In this document: positions 49,505 to 57,519 of the stretch, one piece after another
Position numbering within the stretch: position 1 is the first letter of the stretch
How the letters are laid out: each line of letters starts with the position of its first letter
Assembly (NCBI GenBank): GCA_964016885.1
Contig: OZ024742.1
Location: 283,650,001 to 283,714,000, forward strand
Origin: Eledone cirrhosa
Taxonomy: Eukaryota
Direction: 5' to 3'
Length of the DNA stretch: 64,000 nt
The notes under the pieces: generated by a model
Database searches by the model: none
The model's input: only the letters and a program-made list of their open reading frames with translations
Told to the model about the DNA's origin: nothing
Made by a program: the position numbers and the translations under genes

Positions 49505-52500
49505 GTGGTAACACAACAGTTAGTTCACCATACCGAGAACAATTGTTTCACGTTAGCGGATCTACAGCTCAGAGCTGTAGATCCGCTAAGATGAAACAAT
49601 TGTTCTCGCTATGGTGAACTAACTGTTGTGTTACCACTTCTACCTAACTCGTCCCATGGACTGAGTGCTCTACCACTACAGATATTACCTTCCAGTGTTC
49701 TACCTCTATATATATAACCCATGCTAGCATGGAAGATGGACGTTAAACAAAGATGATGATGATATATATATAAATTAGTATATAGGGAGGTATGTGTTTA
49801 ATTATAGAGGATAGAAAACCACCAGAGTAAAGAACATAAACACATACCTTTATATGTACTTCTCTATACATACTAATTTATAAAGAGCCTGGAATCTATT
49901 CCTTGAACTCATTAAATTATAGGGGATTAACATGAATATTTAACTCGTTTTTTTTTATTTTATATATATATATATATTATATTATATATATACATACAGT
50001 CTGTTCGCTTTGTACGTGAACTTGAAATACGTGAATTCTCTTCAATGCATCTTGAAAAAGTATTATTAAATATTCACTTTACATGAATAACACGTGTGGT
50101 TTTTAATTTTTTTTTATTTATCAGAAATATTAGACTTGAATTACGCGAATTTGCTTTACGCACCACGTTCATGAACACATATTCGCATAAAAAGTGAACA
50201 CAATTTATATATAATCATTTTGTTCCAAACAGCCACCACATGAAGAAATGAAGACTGAGATTGGAGAAGAGGAAGACATAAAGGCTCCCTCTCCTGATGA
50301 TGGGGAAGAAATTAAGAACGATGGCGGTAAGTGTATGACTTCTACTGATGCCTCTTATTTACATAGTGGAAGAGATTGTAAGGTAACAGAGTGAGGGAGT
50401 ACATGACAGAGAGTGATTAAGTGGAAGCAATAAATAGAGATGTAGAGGGAGTGTTGACAGTCTGCTGGTTTGCTAGAGGAAAAGAATTAATAATTTTTAA
50501 CATTGGCTCAAGGCCAGGTATTTTGAAAAGATATTGTCAATTGTGTTGAAACTTCAATACTTGACAATTATTTATTTTATCAAACCAAGAAGGATAAAAT
50601 GTAAACTGAACAAACAGGGTTTGAACTCAGAACATAAAGGGATGTATCTCTCTAAGTAGTACACAATATTTTGTCCATCGCTCTACTGATTCTGCCAAAT
50701 GGCTTCCTTGAAATAAATCAACCATAATAATATGCCATATCCGAGAAGTGGAAGGGATAGGAGGTATGCCATGAGTAAGGGGAAATGAATGGGAGTGATG
50801 ACAAATATGTTACGCATGTATGGCAGGAGTGGTTGGGGAAGGGGTGAGAATGTATGTCACGTGTGTATGATAGGTATGGTGGTTACTGAAAATGGGATGA
50901 GATGGAGGGAGGTATGGTCTCAAAACAAGGAAACAATGAGAGAGAAGAGGCGATTTCAAATAGACTGGTGTAGGGATACCTATACATACATATACATATA
51001 TAAATATACATGTGCACATGGCTTAGTGGTTAGAGCATTGGCCTTGCAATCGAAAGGTTGTGAGTTCAATTCTCAGACCGGGTGATGTGTTGTTTCCTTG
51101 AGCAAGATACTTTATTTCACATTGCTCCAGTTTACTCAGCTGTAGAAATGAGATGATAGGGACTGGGGTCCATATCATTCCACTGCAAAGTGGTCGTGGA
51201 GGTGCCACGGCAAAAAAGCACCCAGCACTCACTGTAAATGAGGTTGGTGTTAGGAAGGGCATCCAGCTGTAGAAATCAAGCCAGAATCAGTTCCCGTCCC
51301 ACCCTTGCAAGCAGGGAAAAGTGGACGTAAAATGAAATGATGATGAATGATGATGTGCATGTGAACAAAATGATCCACTTTCCCTCAGCCTAATTGGTTA
51401 ATGTTTTCAAGAATTCCTAATATTCTTATATAATCTTGTGAACTAATAGTTAAGGTATTGGATGCATGCTCATAAGGTTGTGGGTTTGATTCTAGGACCA
51501 GGTGTATTGTATTCTTGAGCAAGCTGCTCCATTTCACATTACTTTTCATGATAGCTATGGGGCTCCTATCATTAAAACACCCAAGAAACCTTGTAAGAGA
51601 TGTTACCTCATATGAGGCCAGCTAAACCTGCATAGTTGCTAGCTGAACTAGCTGAATTCCTTCAACTAAAATGATTTCTCCCTATTAAAGTAATGCAACT
51701 TTCACAAATATTATTTATCCTTTTCCATTGGCTTAAGTGGCTAACGTTTTCAAGAATTCCTTGTTTTTATGTGATTTTTGTTTCCAAGCTGAACTCTTTC
51801 AATTGAAATTGTTTTTCTTTACTCATGAAAACAGAAATATGACTTTATTAATGGGCATGTTTTTATCACAATAAGGCACATGTCTTGATGGTTAGGGTGT
51901 TTGACTCACAATCATAAGGTCATGGGTTTGATTCATGAAACTGGTGGCCCCTATCATTAAAATACCCAAGAAACCTTATGGGAGATGCAACTTCATAGGA
52001 GGCAAGCTAAACCTACATAGATGTGAATTGTATATTTCATATTTTTATCTTCCTAAGATGCTAATATTTTCAGGAATTCTTTGTTTTTATATCATCTTTG
52101 GTTTCTAGTCATATTCTTTTATCTGAAATGATTTCTGCATGTATTTTTCAGCTGATATGCCTTCTTCCAGTTGGAAATTCAACAATGACTTTTTGCAAGG
52201 TTTGTATCTGATGTTATCTGAAAAAAACCCTATTTATTGAGCAACCTCCATGCTGTTTCCACTTGGCTTATGCATTTTAGACTCTGCTGCTTTTTCACCT
52301 GTTTTTCCCTATCTCCACATATCTCTCACCTTTGTTTGTAGCGAATAAATTACCACTCTTCTATTTCTTTGTTTCTTTCCTACCTTGCTTACTAGTCCTA
52401 AAAACTCTGCTGGGTATTTATCTAAATACCTTCTATCATAATTTGATGTAAGAATCTTTCTTAAATTACCATATTTCTAAGGACAGACACTGTCTATGAT

Positions 52501-55500
52501 TTTCAAATAATTTTGACAATAATAAAGAATTTGGAGGGATTTACTAACATAGCTAACTTTCTCATAATTAAGCTGGCAATTGGATCATAACTTAACAAAG
52601 AGTCTTACATCAAATTATGAGGTTTTTATAGTAATATAAACACTTTAAAACTAACAGTTTATATCATAGAAACCACTATTTTGTGTTGAAAGTGTTAATA
52701 ATGAGAAGATTAATTATATTACTAAATCTCTCCAAACTCTTCATTATTTTCAAAGTGATTTGAAAATTATAGATAGTGTTTTTCATTAGAAATATAGTAA
52801 CAAAAGGGTTAACAATAGTTCCTAAAATGTTGGGAGACTCTGATGATTAAAAAGAAGGAATCATCCAGCTTTCTACTGACTATGCTCTAAGTATTATCCA
52901 CTCTTGCTTTTCAAAATTAATTGAAAATTAATTGAAAATATTCAATTGAAAATTAATTGAAAATATGGTAACAAAAGGGTTAAACTCAATAGATTTTTAC
53001 AAACTCAAACTACTGTTGTAGCTACATCACTGGGTTGTGCGAGTGTTTTGGGGAGCTAAAGGTGTCACCAATTGCTCCATCTCTCTTAATAGTTAATTGC
53101 TATTGGTCCGAGGTTGCTTATTCATCTGCCAGATGCCCACTTACATCGCTAACAGCGATCATATCTAGTAGAAATGTATCATTATTTTAATGTGTACTCT
53201 TCCATATTGACATGGGCTATATGGGACATTTTAAAGCAGTGTTTTATAGTTGAATGCCTTTCCTGATGCCGCTTTTAGTCAGTTCTTACAATATACAGGG
53301 TTACAATGTACATATTTTATTCTGTTGCAAGTATTTGGGTTAGGTCTCTTGTTTGAAGATACCTTCATCATGCCGTACCTACTTCCTAATAATCCCAGAA
53401 GCCTTGAAAAGAGTGATGAGCATTGCCCTTCTTCTGTGACTAAACAGCAATCAATAAATAAATAAAAGAAGAAAACAAGAATCATGTAATCCTGTATGTA
53501 TACAAAAAGGTGGGATGGTCACAGCTGGAATGTTTTTGATCTTATGGGACTGATTTAGGACTAAAATAACACCTCCAATAAACACATTAAGAAATTTATC
53601 TCAAATGTTGACCTTAGATTGTTTGATGTTTAGTTTTCTTCCTGACATTGCTTTTGCTATCTTTCCTTTTCTTAACAAATTCATGACCATTAGGTGGCAG
53701 CACTGATGATCTCCCTATCAACAAGCACCAGATCCTTGAAGTTGCTGAAGGTTTGGGCCCGGACTGGAAAAAATTGGCTGTAGAGCTGAATTTCTCTGAT
53801 GATGTGATTGCAGAGTTTGATGCTGAAAACCAAGATGTTACTCAGAAAGCATTGAAAATGTTGACAATGTGGTTTGTAAGTATTGCATAAATGTTGGCCA
53901 TCGTTATTTTTCTATTTTGTCTTTTTGTCATCTTGTAAAAAAATTTGTAAAGCAGCTCATTCAAAATGTAATTAATTCATGTGATTATTTATTTTAGATA
54001 TTAATAAATACAGGCAAGGTTGGATAAAGCTGTCAAAGACATGACCTGACAACCTCCTTAGTGTTGGTGATCTACACAATAAAAGCACCCAGTACACACT
54101 GTAGAGTGGTTGGTGATAAGAAGAGCATCCAGCCATAGGAAGCTTGCCAAACAAACGGTTGGAGGACCTTTCAGTTGAGTCAAGGACATTACAACCTACC
54201 TAGTACTGGTGTTCTACACAGTAAAAGCACCCAATGCACATGGTAAAGGGATCGGTGTTGGGTAGAGCATTCGGCCATAGAAAGCTTGCCAAACAAAAGG
54301 ATGGGAAGACCCTCCATTTATGTCAAAGACATAACAACCATTCTAGTGATAGTACCACAATAAAATAGACTTGGTAGAATGCAAAACCGTATGTGAGATG
54401 TGAACTCCCTACCTGTCTGGGAAGTCTCTGAAAACCTATCCAACCTCAGCTAACAGGGGAAGTGGATGTTAAATGATGATGATTATATACACACACATAC
54501 ACATATATCAAATTTAAAAAATTGAGTTAAAAACTCTTGTTAATCCCCTATATGAGCTCAAGGAATAGAATCCGGGTTCTTTATTAGACAGTATATAGAG
54601 AAAAAAACACAAAGAGGTATGTGTTGAATTATAGGAGATAGAATACCACCATAGTGGTGTGAATGGACTGAAAGACCGCTAGAAGTAGCAGCTCAGTTGA
54701 ATGGTTCTGGGCTGCTATTTCTAGCGGTCTTTCAGCCCATTCACACCACTATGGACTGAGTAGCACGCATTTTTTCTTATCTTTACGCCATATGCGTTAT
54801 TTCAGTTATCTGAAATAATTTTAGAAGTGAGGACTGTGCTGTTATACACCTGTTGATAAGCCCTTAGCGGTATGGTATCTACACTTTTTATGGCGAAACA
54901 TTCTCCTATTAGAATGTGTCCAGGTGTTATAAAAGGTTGGTTTGTGCATTTTAATTTATTCTTTTAATTGATATGTATTTTCCATTCCTTTTGTAGACTT
55001 TATATTTTTCACTCTGGTGGTATCCTATCTCCTATAATTCAACACATACCTCTTAGTGTTTTTTTCTATATATACTGTCTTATTTTTTTTTTTTTTTTCA
55101 TTTTACGTCTGCTTTTCCCTGCTTGCAAAGGTGGGACAGGAACTGATTCTGGCTTGATTTCTACAGCTGGATGCCCTTCCTAACACCAACCTCATTTACA
55201 GTGAGTGCTGGGTGCTTTTTTTCTACAACTGAGTAAACTGGAGCAATGTGAAATAAAGTGTCTTGCTCAAGGAAACAACACATCACCCGGTCTGAGAATT
55301 GAACTCACAACCTTTCGATGCAAGCCCAATGCTCTAACCACTAAGCCATGTGCCTCCATATATACATATATCATCATCACCGTTTTACGTCCGTTCTTCC
55401 ACGCTAGCATGGGTTAGACGGGTTGTCCTGTTGTGTGCAGTGTCTGGTCGGCTGACCATGCCTTGCTCATACAGGAACTGATCTGGCTTGATTTCTACAG

Positions 55501-57300
55501 CTGGATGCCCTTCCTAACACCAACCTCATTTACAGTGAGTGCTGGGTGCTTTTTCGTGGCGCCTACACGTCCACTTTACAGTGTGGGCTGGGTGCTTTTT
55601 TGCCGTGGTGGCACCTCCACGACCACCTTGCGGTGGGGGGTGTGAGGGGCATATTGTTTATATGCTTCAGCATGTACCCATGGGAGGTCGGGTACTCTGT
55701 ATTACTGCGTGACGCCAGAAGTCACGGTCGTGTGTCATTGTCTTTGAGAGGTGTAATTGGGTAAGGTCGGCTTTTATCACCTCATCCTAGGTCATCTCCG
55801 CGGTTTCCATCAATTTCTAGTGCTCTGCACCTTTTTATGCAGCTGTCATCCTTCATACGCATCACATGTCCATACCAGCGCAACCGCCTCTCCTGCACAC
55901 AGCATTTGATTCCTCTTATGCTCAGTCTCTCTCTCAATTCATTTATGCTTTGTCGTTCACGTATATTACTGTTACACATCCATCGGAGCATGCAGGCTTT
56001 CTCTCTAATCTACGTAAGTCTTCCACCTTCAGCGCCCAGGTCTCACTACCATGCAACATCGCTGTTCGGATACACGCATCATACAGTCTGCCTTTCATTC
56101 TGAGGGAGAAGCCTTTTGCAGCTAGCAGTGGTAGTAGTTCCCTAAACTTCTTCCATCCCGTTCTTACCCTAGTTATTGTACTTTCTGAACACCCACCTCC
56201 GTTGCTAATTCGGTCACCTAGGTAGCAGAAGCTGTCTACTGTTTCTTCAGGGCCCTCCCAGAGATTGGTGGTACTTGTTTCCTGTGGCTGTTTGCTGCTT
56301 GCTGTTTCAGCACAGCTGCTGCATGTGAATCCTACATTCTTAATTAAGCTTCCTGAGATCCCGCTACATCTCTTGTGTACCCATTGTTTGCATTTGGGGC
56401 AGAGAATGGAGTTCCTACCTACACCTTTCCTACATACTGAGCAAGGCCATTTCCCTGAGGGGATCTGGGTTCTGTTTTCTCGTCTACTTACAAGGACCTT
56501 AGTCTTTGTCATGTTGACTTTGAGACCCTTTCTCTCTAGTCCCTGCTTCCAGGTTTGGAATTTATTCTCTAGTTCTACCATAGATTCAGCTATGAGTGCG
56601 AGGTCATCAGCATACAGGAGTTCCCATGGGCACCCGGTCTTAAACTCCTCCGTTATTGCCTGCAGGACTATGATGAACAGGAGAGGGCTAAGAACAGAGC
56701 CCTGGTGGACCCCAACCTGTACGCTAAATTCCTCGCTATACTCATTGCTAATCCTAACTTTGCTGACTGCTCCCCTATACATGGCTTGTACCGCTTTCAC
56801 AAGCCATTCATCTACTCCTAGTTTTCTAAGAGCCCACCAGATTACAGCACGTGGAACTCTGTCAAAGGCTTTCTCGAGGTCGACAAATGCCAAGTAGAGT
56901 GGCTTACTTTTAGCTAGGTACTTTTCCTGTAATTGCCTCACAAGGAAGAGGGCATCAGTGGTGCCTCTTCCTGGTACAAACCCAAATTGCATCTCGTCTA
57001 TATTCACCCGGTCCCTAATCAGCTGTGCTATAACTCTTTCTGTTACTTTCATGACCTGGTCCATATATAAACAATATATATATATATAGTACATCACAAC
57101 ACTGTTATCAAATATTTTTTGATTTTTTTTTTTTTCTTACTGTTAATTTTTTAATTTCTGTCCATCTTTTTTCTTTGTCTTTAATGGAGGAAAACGAGGC
57201 TGAACATGCCACGCCAGGGACCCTCCGTACAGCTTTGAATGAAATTGGGTTGCTTGAATTGGCTGACCAGGTGTTTCCGGATATTGAAGCAAGCAATTGA
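11434..57300 (+). CDS. THOC1: THO complex subunit 1 (THOC1/HPR1/p84N5), 20 coding exons, 653 aa, C-terminal death domain
   Basis: Hand-joined GT-AG exons keep frame (1962 nt) and give [121 protein letters not shown]; all recognised from metazoan THOC1. Confidence 0.95.
12089..12237. repeat. Inverted repeat (about 45-bp arms) with a (TA)n centre
   Basis: aattaacgtttttagagtcacgctt-(TA)n-aagcgtgactctaaaaacgttaatt. Confidence 0.9.
12300..12490 (+). mobile_element. Fold-back micro-element E1 (55-bp perfect arms) with hammerhead 3' half and tail, in (TA)n; Penelope-like derivative
   Basis: Arms 12300-12354 and 12356-12410; GAA-ACGGCT-tgagctc-AGCCGT-C-GGGGTC at 12368-12396; second copy at 29601-29795. 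Confidence 0.75.
12616..12708 (-). ncRNA. Degenerate minimal hammerhead ribozyme with long helix II
   Basis: Minus strand: cacaagt-CTGATGA-(60 nt)-GAAACGCGCGTC-acacgtg-AATAAA; helices I and II imperfect. Confidence 0.5.
12803..14320. repeat. 1.5-kb fold-back element E5 (nested inverted repeats, CA/TG-rich core, Penelope-like 3' end)
   Basis: 13050-13530 mirrors 13530-13960; 12888-13051 mirrors 14153-14315; GAAACAATTGTA...AATAAA at 14255-14276. Confidence 0.85.
16009..16082 (+). CDS. THOC1: THOC1 exon 2 ([24 protein letters not shown])
   Basis: ttacag| ... AA|gtaagt, 74 nt, phases 0 and 2. Confidence 0.8.
16920..17910 (+). mobile_element. Non-autonomous Helitron
   Basis: A|TCTATATATAT...gtctgtc 5' end; 3' end cccgtgcaatgctgg...CTAG|T; no TSD. 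Confidence 0.75.
18946..19006 (+). CDS. THOC1: THOC1 exon 3 ([20 protein letters not shown])
   Basis: tttcag| ... |gtaagt, 61 nt; EKK..LDQA.R motif. Confidence 0.9.
19060..20400 (+). mobile_element. Cluster of about 5-6 family-B SINE copies, mostly head-to-tail
   Basis: Repeated ggcagaat.gtt...ttctgagttcaaat...caactttgcctttcatcctt...aaaataaagtac...gctggccttgtgcc...tagaaa units. Confidence 0.75.
20462..20528 (+). CDS. THOC1: THOC1 exon 4 ([22 protein letters not shown])
   Basis: ttttag| ... G|gtaaga, 67 nt. Confidence 0.85.
20750..20868 (+). CDS. THOC1: THOC1 exon 5 ([16 protein letters not shown]...VSTWKS)
   Basis: ttgtag| ... |gtaagt, 119 nt. Confidence 0.95.
21217..22030 (+). mobile_element. 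Non-autonomous Helitron
   Basis: A|TCTATATATATAAA...; 3' hairpin cccgagcaacgccggg followed by CTAG|T. Confidence 0.85.
22814..22862 (+). CDS. THOC1: THOC1 exon 6 ([16 protein letters not shown])
   Basis: gatag| ... G|gtaagt, 49 nt. Confidence 0.95.
23121..23216 (+). CDS. THOC1: THOC1 exon 7 ([31 protein letters not shown])
   Basis: tttcag| ... G|gtaaat, 96 nt. Confidence 0.95.
23453..23650. mobile_element. Tc1/mariner-type MITE
   Basis: TA|CGAAGGTTGGCTGAAAAGTT... and ...AACCTTTCATCTGACCTTCG|TA imperfect TIRs with TA TSD. Confidence 0.75.
23706..23782 (+). CDS. THOC1: THOC1 exon 8 ([25 protein letters not shown])
   Basis: ttacag| ... |gtaaga, 77 nt. Confidence 0.95.
24722..24941. mobile_element. 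piggyBac-like (TTAA) MITE
   Basis: ttaa|ccctttagcattta ... taaatgttaaaggg|ttca; same family at 47234-47454, partial at about 3010-3140 and 28590-28780. Confidence 0.7.
25147..25202 (+). CDS. THOC1: THOC1 exon 9 ([18 protein letters not shown])
   Basis: ttctag| ... AG|gtaaaa, 56 nt; acidic linker, phases fit. Confidence 0.85.
26688..26796 (+). CDS. THOC1: THOC1 exon 10 ([22 protein letters not shown]...)
   Basis: NAGNAG acceptor tag|cag, donor |gtaagt, 109 nt. Confidence 0.95.
27321..27452 (+). CDS. THOC1: THOC1 exon 11 ([16 protein letters not shown]...[10 protein letters not shown])
   Basis: taatag| ... |gtaaga, 132 nt. Confidence 0.95.
28445..28545 (+). CDS. THOC1: THOC1 exon 12 ([26 protein letters not shown]...VKFK)
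   Basis: ttgcag| ... AA|gtaagt, 101 nt. Confidence 0.95.
28803..29112 (+). mobile_element. tRNA-head / CORE-like SINE with RTE-derived 3' tail (family A)
   Basis: A box tggcttagtgg, B box gagttcaattc, ccttgagcaagacacttt core, tail shared with RTE 3'UTRs. Confidence 0.8.
29167..29494 (-). mobile_element. Family A SINE, inverted relative to 28803-29112
   Basis: Reverse complement of the same head and core; (TGA)n tail. Confidence 0.8.
29601..29795 (-). mobile_element. Fold-back micro-element E2 (second copy of the E1 family)
   Basis: Arms 29680-29736 and 29739-29795; tail 29601-29679 is the reverse complement of the E1 tail; flanked by (TA)n. Confidence 0.75.
29809..32291 (-). mobile_element. 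Internally deleted Helitron retaining RepHel N-terminal exons
   Basis: Minus strand 5' TCTATATATATAAAG, 3' cccgggcaacgccgggtacttctgCTAG|T; contains MPTRKRSRL...RRSQ | [10 protein letters not shown]...[10 protein letters not shown] (STPR-like repeats). Confidence 0.8.
32292..32680. repeat. Compound (TA)n-derived minisatellite (tattatacgtatatata units)
   Basis: Directly visible low-complexity repeat. Confidence 0.9.
33244..34503 (-). mobile_element. Non-autonomous Helitron with internal tandem repeat
   Basis: Minus 3' end gaccccgagcaacgccgggctttaatgCTAG|T (near-identical to 22000-22030); 5' TCTATAAAG at 34503. Confidence 0.7.
33531..33900. repeat. Tandem repeat, 4 units of about 92 bp
   Basis: tgtgttttctaaatttaagacagtagggag...gagttagctgctgtttctagcaggtttagtgacctcatagaggata x4. 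Confidence 0.9.
34668..37014 (-). mobile_element. Young 5'-truncated RTE-clade LINE with uninterrupted 601-aa RT ORF (35171-36976)
   Basis: [45 protein letters not shown]; Cys/His-rich PHD-like insert; RLRWYGHV.R...GRPRKTW C-terminus; (TGA)n tail; 3'UTR with two 112-bp repeats. Confidence 0.92.
37110..37451 (-). mobile_element. Family A SINE
   Basis: Near-identical to the reverse complement of 51012-51354. Confidence 0.8.
37498..38792 (-). mobile_element. Second, shorter copy of the same RTE LINE
   Basis: Nearly identical to 34668-35960 (offset 2833 bp); truncated at KxPCSVC. Confidence 0.92.
39079..39380 (+). mobile_element. Unclassified repeat between (TA)n tracts, RTE 5'UTR-like
   Basis: tctaggagaaggcaactc motif resembles RTE 5'UTRs; internal hairpin cattgcacgata/tatcgtgcaatg. 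Confidence 0.35.
39921..40038 (+). CDS. THOC1: THOC1 exon 13 (ANCVLTEEQ...[20 protein letters not shown])
   Basis: ctgcag| ... |gtaagc, 118 nt. Confidence 0.95.
40551..40651 (+). CDS. THOC1: THOC1 exon 14 ([22 protein letters not shown]...)
   Basis: taccag| ... AA|gtaagt, 101 nt. Confidence 0.95.
41786..43955. repeat. Large inverted duplication (about 600-bp arms of Rex3/Expander-like RTE plus Helitron 3' end) around a CRE fragment
   Basis: 42046-42567 mirrors 43341-43840; 41786-41893 mirrors 43841-43950; right end is hairpin + CTAG|T. Confidence 0.9.
42695..43125 (-). mobile_element. CRE-like non-LTR retrotransposon C-terminal fragment
   Basis: [32 protein letters not shown]...AEQNKILKY...[23 protein letters not shown]. 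Confidence 0.8.
44167..44377 (-). mobile_element. Inverted-repeat element with a tRNA-like (Pol III promoter) loop
   Basis: Arms 44167-44240 and 44301-44377; minus-strand spacer gctgtgtggttaa...ggttcgtttcc. Confidence 0.6.
44466..44597 (+). CDS. THOC1: THOC1 exon 15 (LKRKSIG...[24 protein letters not shown])
   Basis: ccacag| ... AG|gtaagt, 132 nt. Confidence 0.95.
46006..46089 (+). CDS. THOC1: THOC1 exon 16 ([27 protein letters not shown])
   Basis: ttacag| ... AA|gtaagg, 84 nt. Confidence 0.95.
46700..46960 (+). mobile_element. Degraded RTE 3' fragment
   Basis: [31 protein letters not shown]. Confidence 0.6.
47041..47188 (+). CDS. THOC1: THOC1 exon 17 ([15 protein letters not shown]...LAKEMP)
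   Basis: ttgcag| ... |gtaagc, 148 nt. Confidence 0.95.
47234..47454. mobile_element. piggyBac-like MITE
   Basis: 14-bp TIR CCCTTTAGCATTTA / TAAATGCTAAAGGG with gtaa/ttaa flanks. Confidence 0.75.
48616..48651 (-). ncRNA. Minimal type I hammerhead ribozyme (Penelope-like-element type)
   Basis: Minus strand: TCTT-CTGATGA-A-GGAC-tcgc-GTCC-GAAACGTT-AAGA; helices I and II perfect, palindromic ACGT in place of helix III. Confidence 0.75.
48806..49103. repeat. Inverted repeat E7 (about 135-bp arms, 31-bp spacer) with degenerate hammerhead-like core
   Basis: 48806-48939 mirrors 48971-49103; CTGAGGA-g-GTCACAG-aat-CTGTGAT at the junction. Confidence 0.8.
49500..49712 (+). mobile_element. Fold-back micro-element E3 (71-bp arms) with hammerhead 3' half, in (TA)n
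   Basis: Arms 49500-49570 and 49572-49642 (3 mismatches); GAAACAATTGTT at 49593-49604; tail with ggactgagtgc. Confidence 0.75.
49769..49960 (+). mobile_element. Fold-back micro-element E6, same family as 54510-55080
   Basis: taaattagta.tag/cta.tactaattta and aggtatgtgttta/taaacacatacct arms; tail is the reverse complement of 54515-54585. Confidence 0.6.
50233..50326 (+). CDS. THOC1: THOC1 exon 18 ([15 protein letters not shown]...NDG)
   Basis: aaacag| ... G|gtaagt, 94 nt. Confidence 0.9.
51012..51354 (+). mobile_element. Family A SINE, full length
   Basis: tRNA head, core, RTE-type tail ending aaatgatgatg. Confidence 0.85.
53694..53875 (+). CDS. THOC1: THOC1 exon 19, death domain ([15 protein letters not shown]...ALKMLTMWF)
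   Basis: cattag| ... |gtaagt, 182 nt; death-domain LG.DWK.LA..L pattern. Confidence 0.92.
54510..55080. mobile_element. Penelope-like inverted-terminal remnant E4 containing a hammerhead and a nested hairpin
   Basis: 54586-54651 mirrors 55015-55080; inner hairpin 54649-54754; hammerhead at 54842-54932. Confidence 0.65.
54842..54932 (+). ncRNA. Type I hammerhead ribozyme with U3-A8 core variant
   Basis: ttataCACCTG-TTGATAA-GCC..(29 nt)..GGC-GAA-ACATTCT-cctatt-AGAAT[GT]GT-C-CAGGTGttataa. Confidence 0.6.
55097..55357 (-). mobile_element. Family A SINE (internally deleted)
   Basis: Same head, core and tail as 37110-37451. Confidence 0.8.
55372..57063 (-). mobile_element. 5'-truncated RTE LINE, related subfamily, frameshifted
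   Basis: ORFs 55943-57097 and 55782-55991 give the RT (YADD) and the PHD-like insert, similar to 35171-36976 but diverged; 3'UTR matches 32920-33212. Confidence 0.9.
57190..57300 (+). CDS. THOC1: THOC1 terminal exon, copy 1 ([36 protein letters not shown])
   Basis: Long polypyrimidine tract then atggag|GAA; HATP..L..AL...GL..LA end of the death domain; TGA at 57298-57300. Confidence 0.88.
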   Translation, partial: ENEAEHATPGTLRTALNEIGLLELADQVFPDIEASN

Positions 57301-57408
57301 TGATACAACACACATCAATGTCCTCTATGTTGAAGTCACGATTTTTTTTTTTTTCTTACTGTTAATTTTTTAATTTCTGTCCATCTTTTTTCTTTGTCTT
57401 TAATGGAG

Positions 57409-57519
57409 GAAAACGAGGCTGAACATGCCACGCCAGGGACCCTCCGTACAGCTTTGAATGAAATTGGGTTGCTTGAATTGGCTGACCAGGTGTTTCCGGA
57501 TATTGAAGCAAGCAATTGA
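57409..57519 (+). CDS. THOC1: THOC1 terminal exon, identical tandem copy 2
   Basis: 57121-57339 is repeated exactly at 57340-57558; AATAAA at 57573. Confidence 0.7.
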   Translation, partial: ENEAEHATPGTLRTALNEIGLLELADQVFPDIEASN

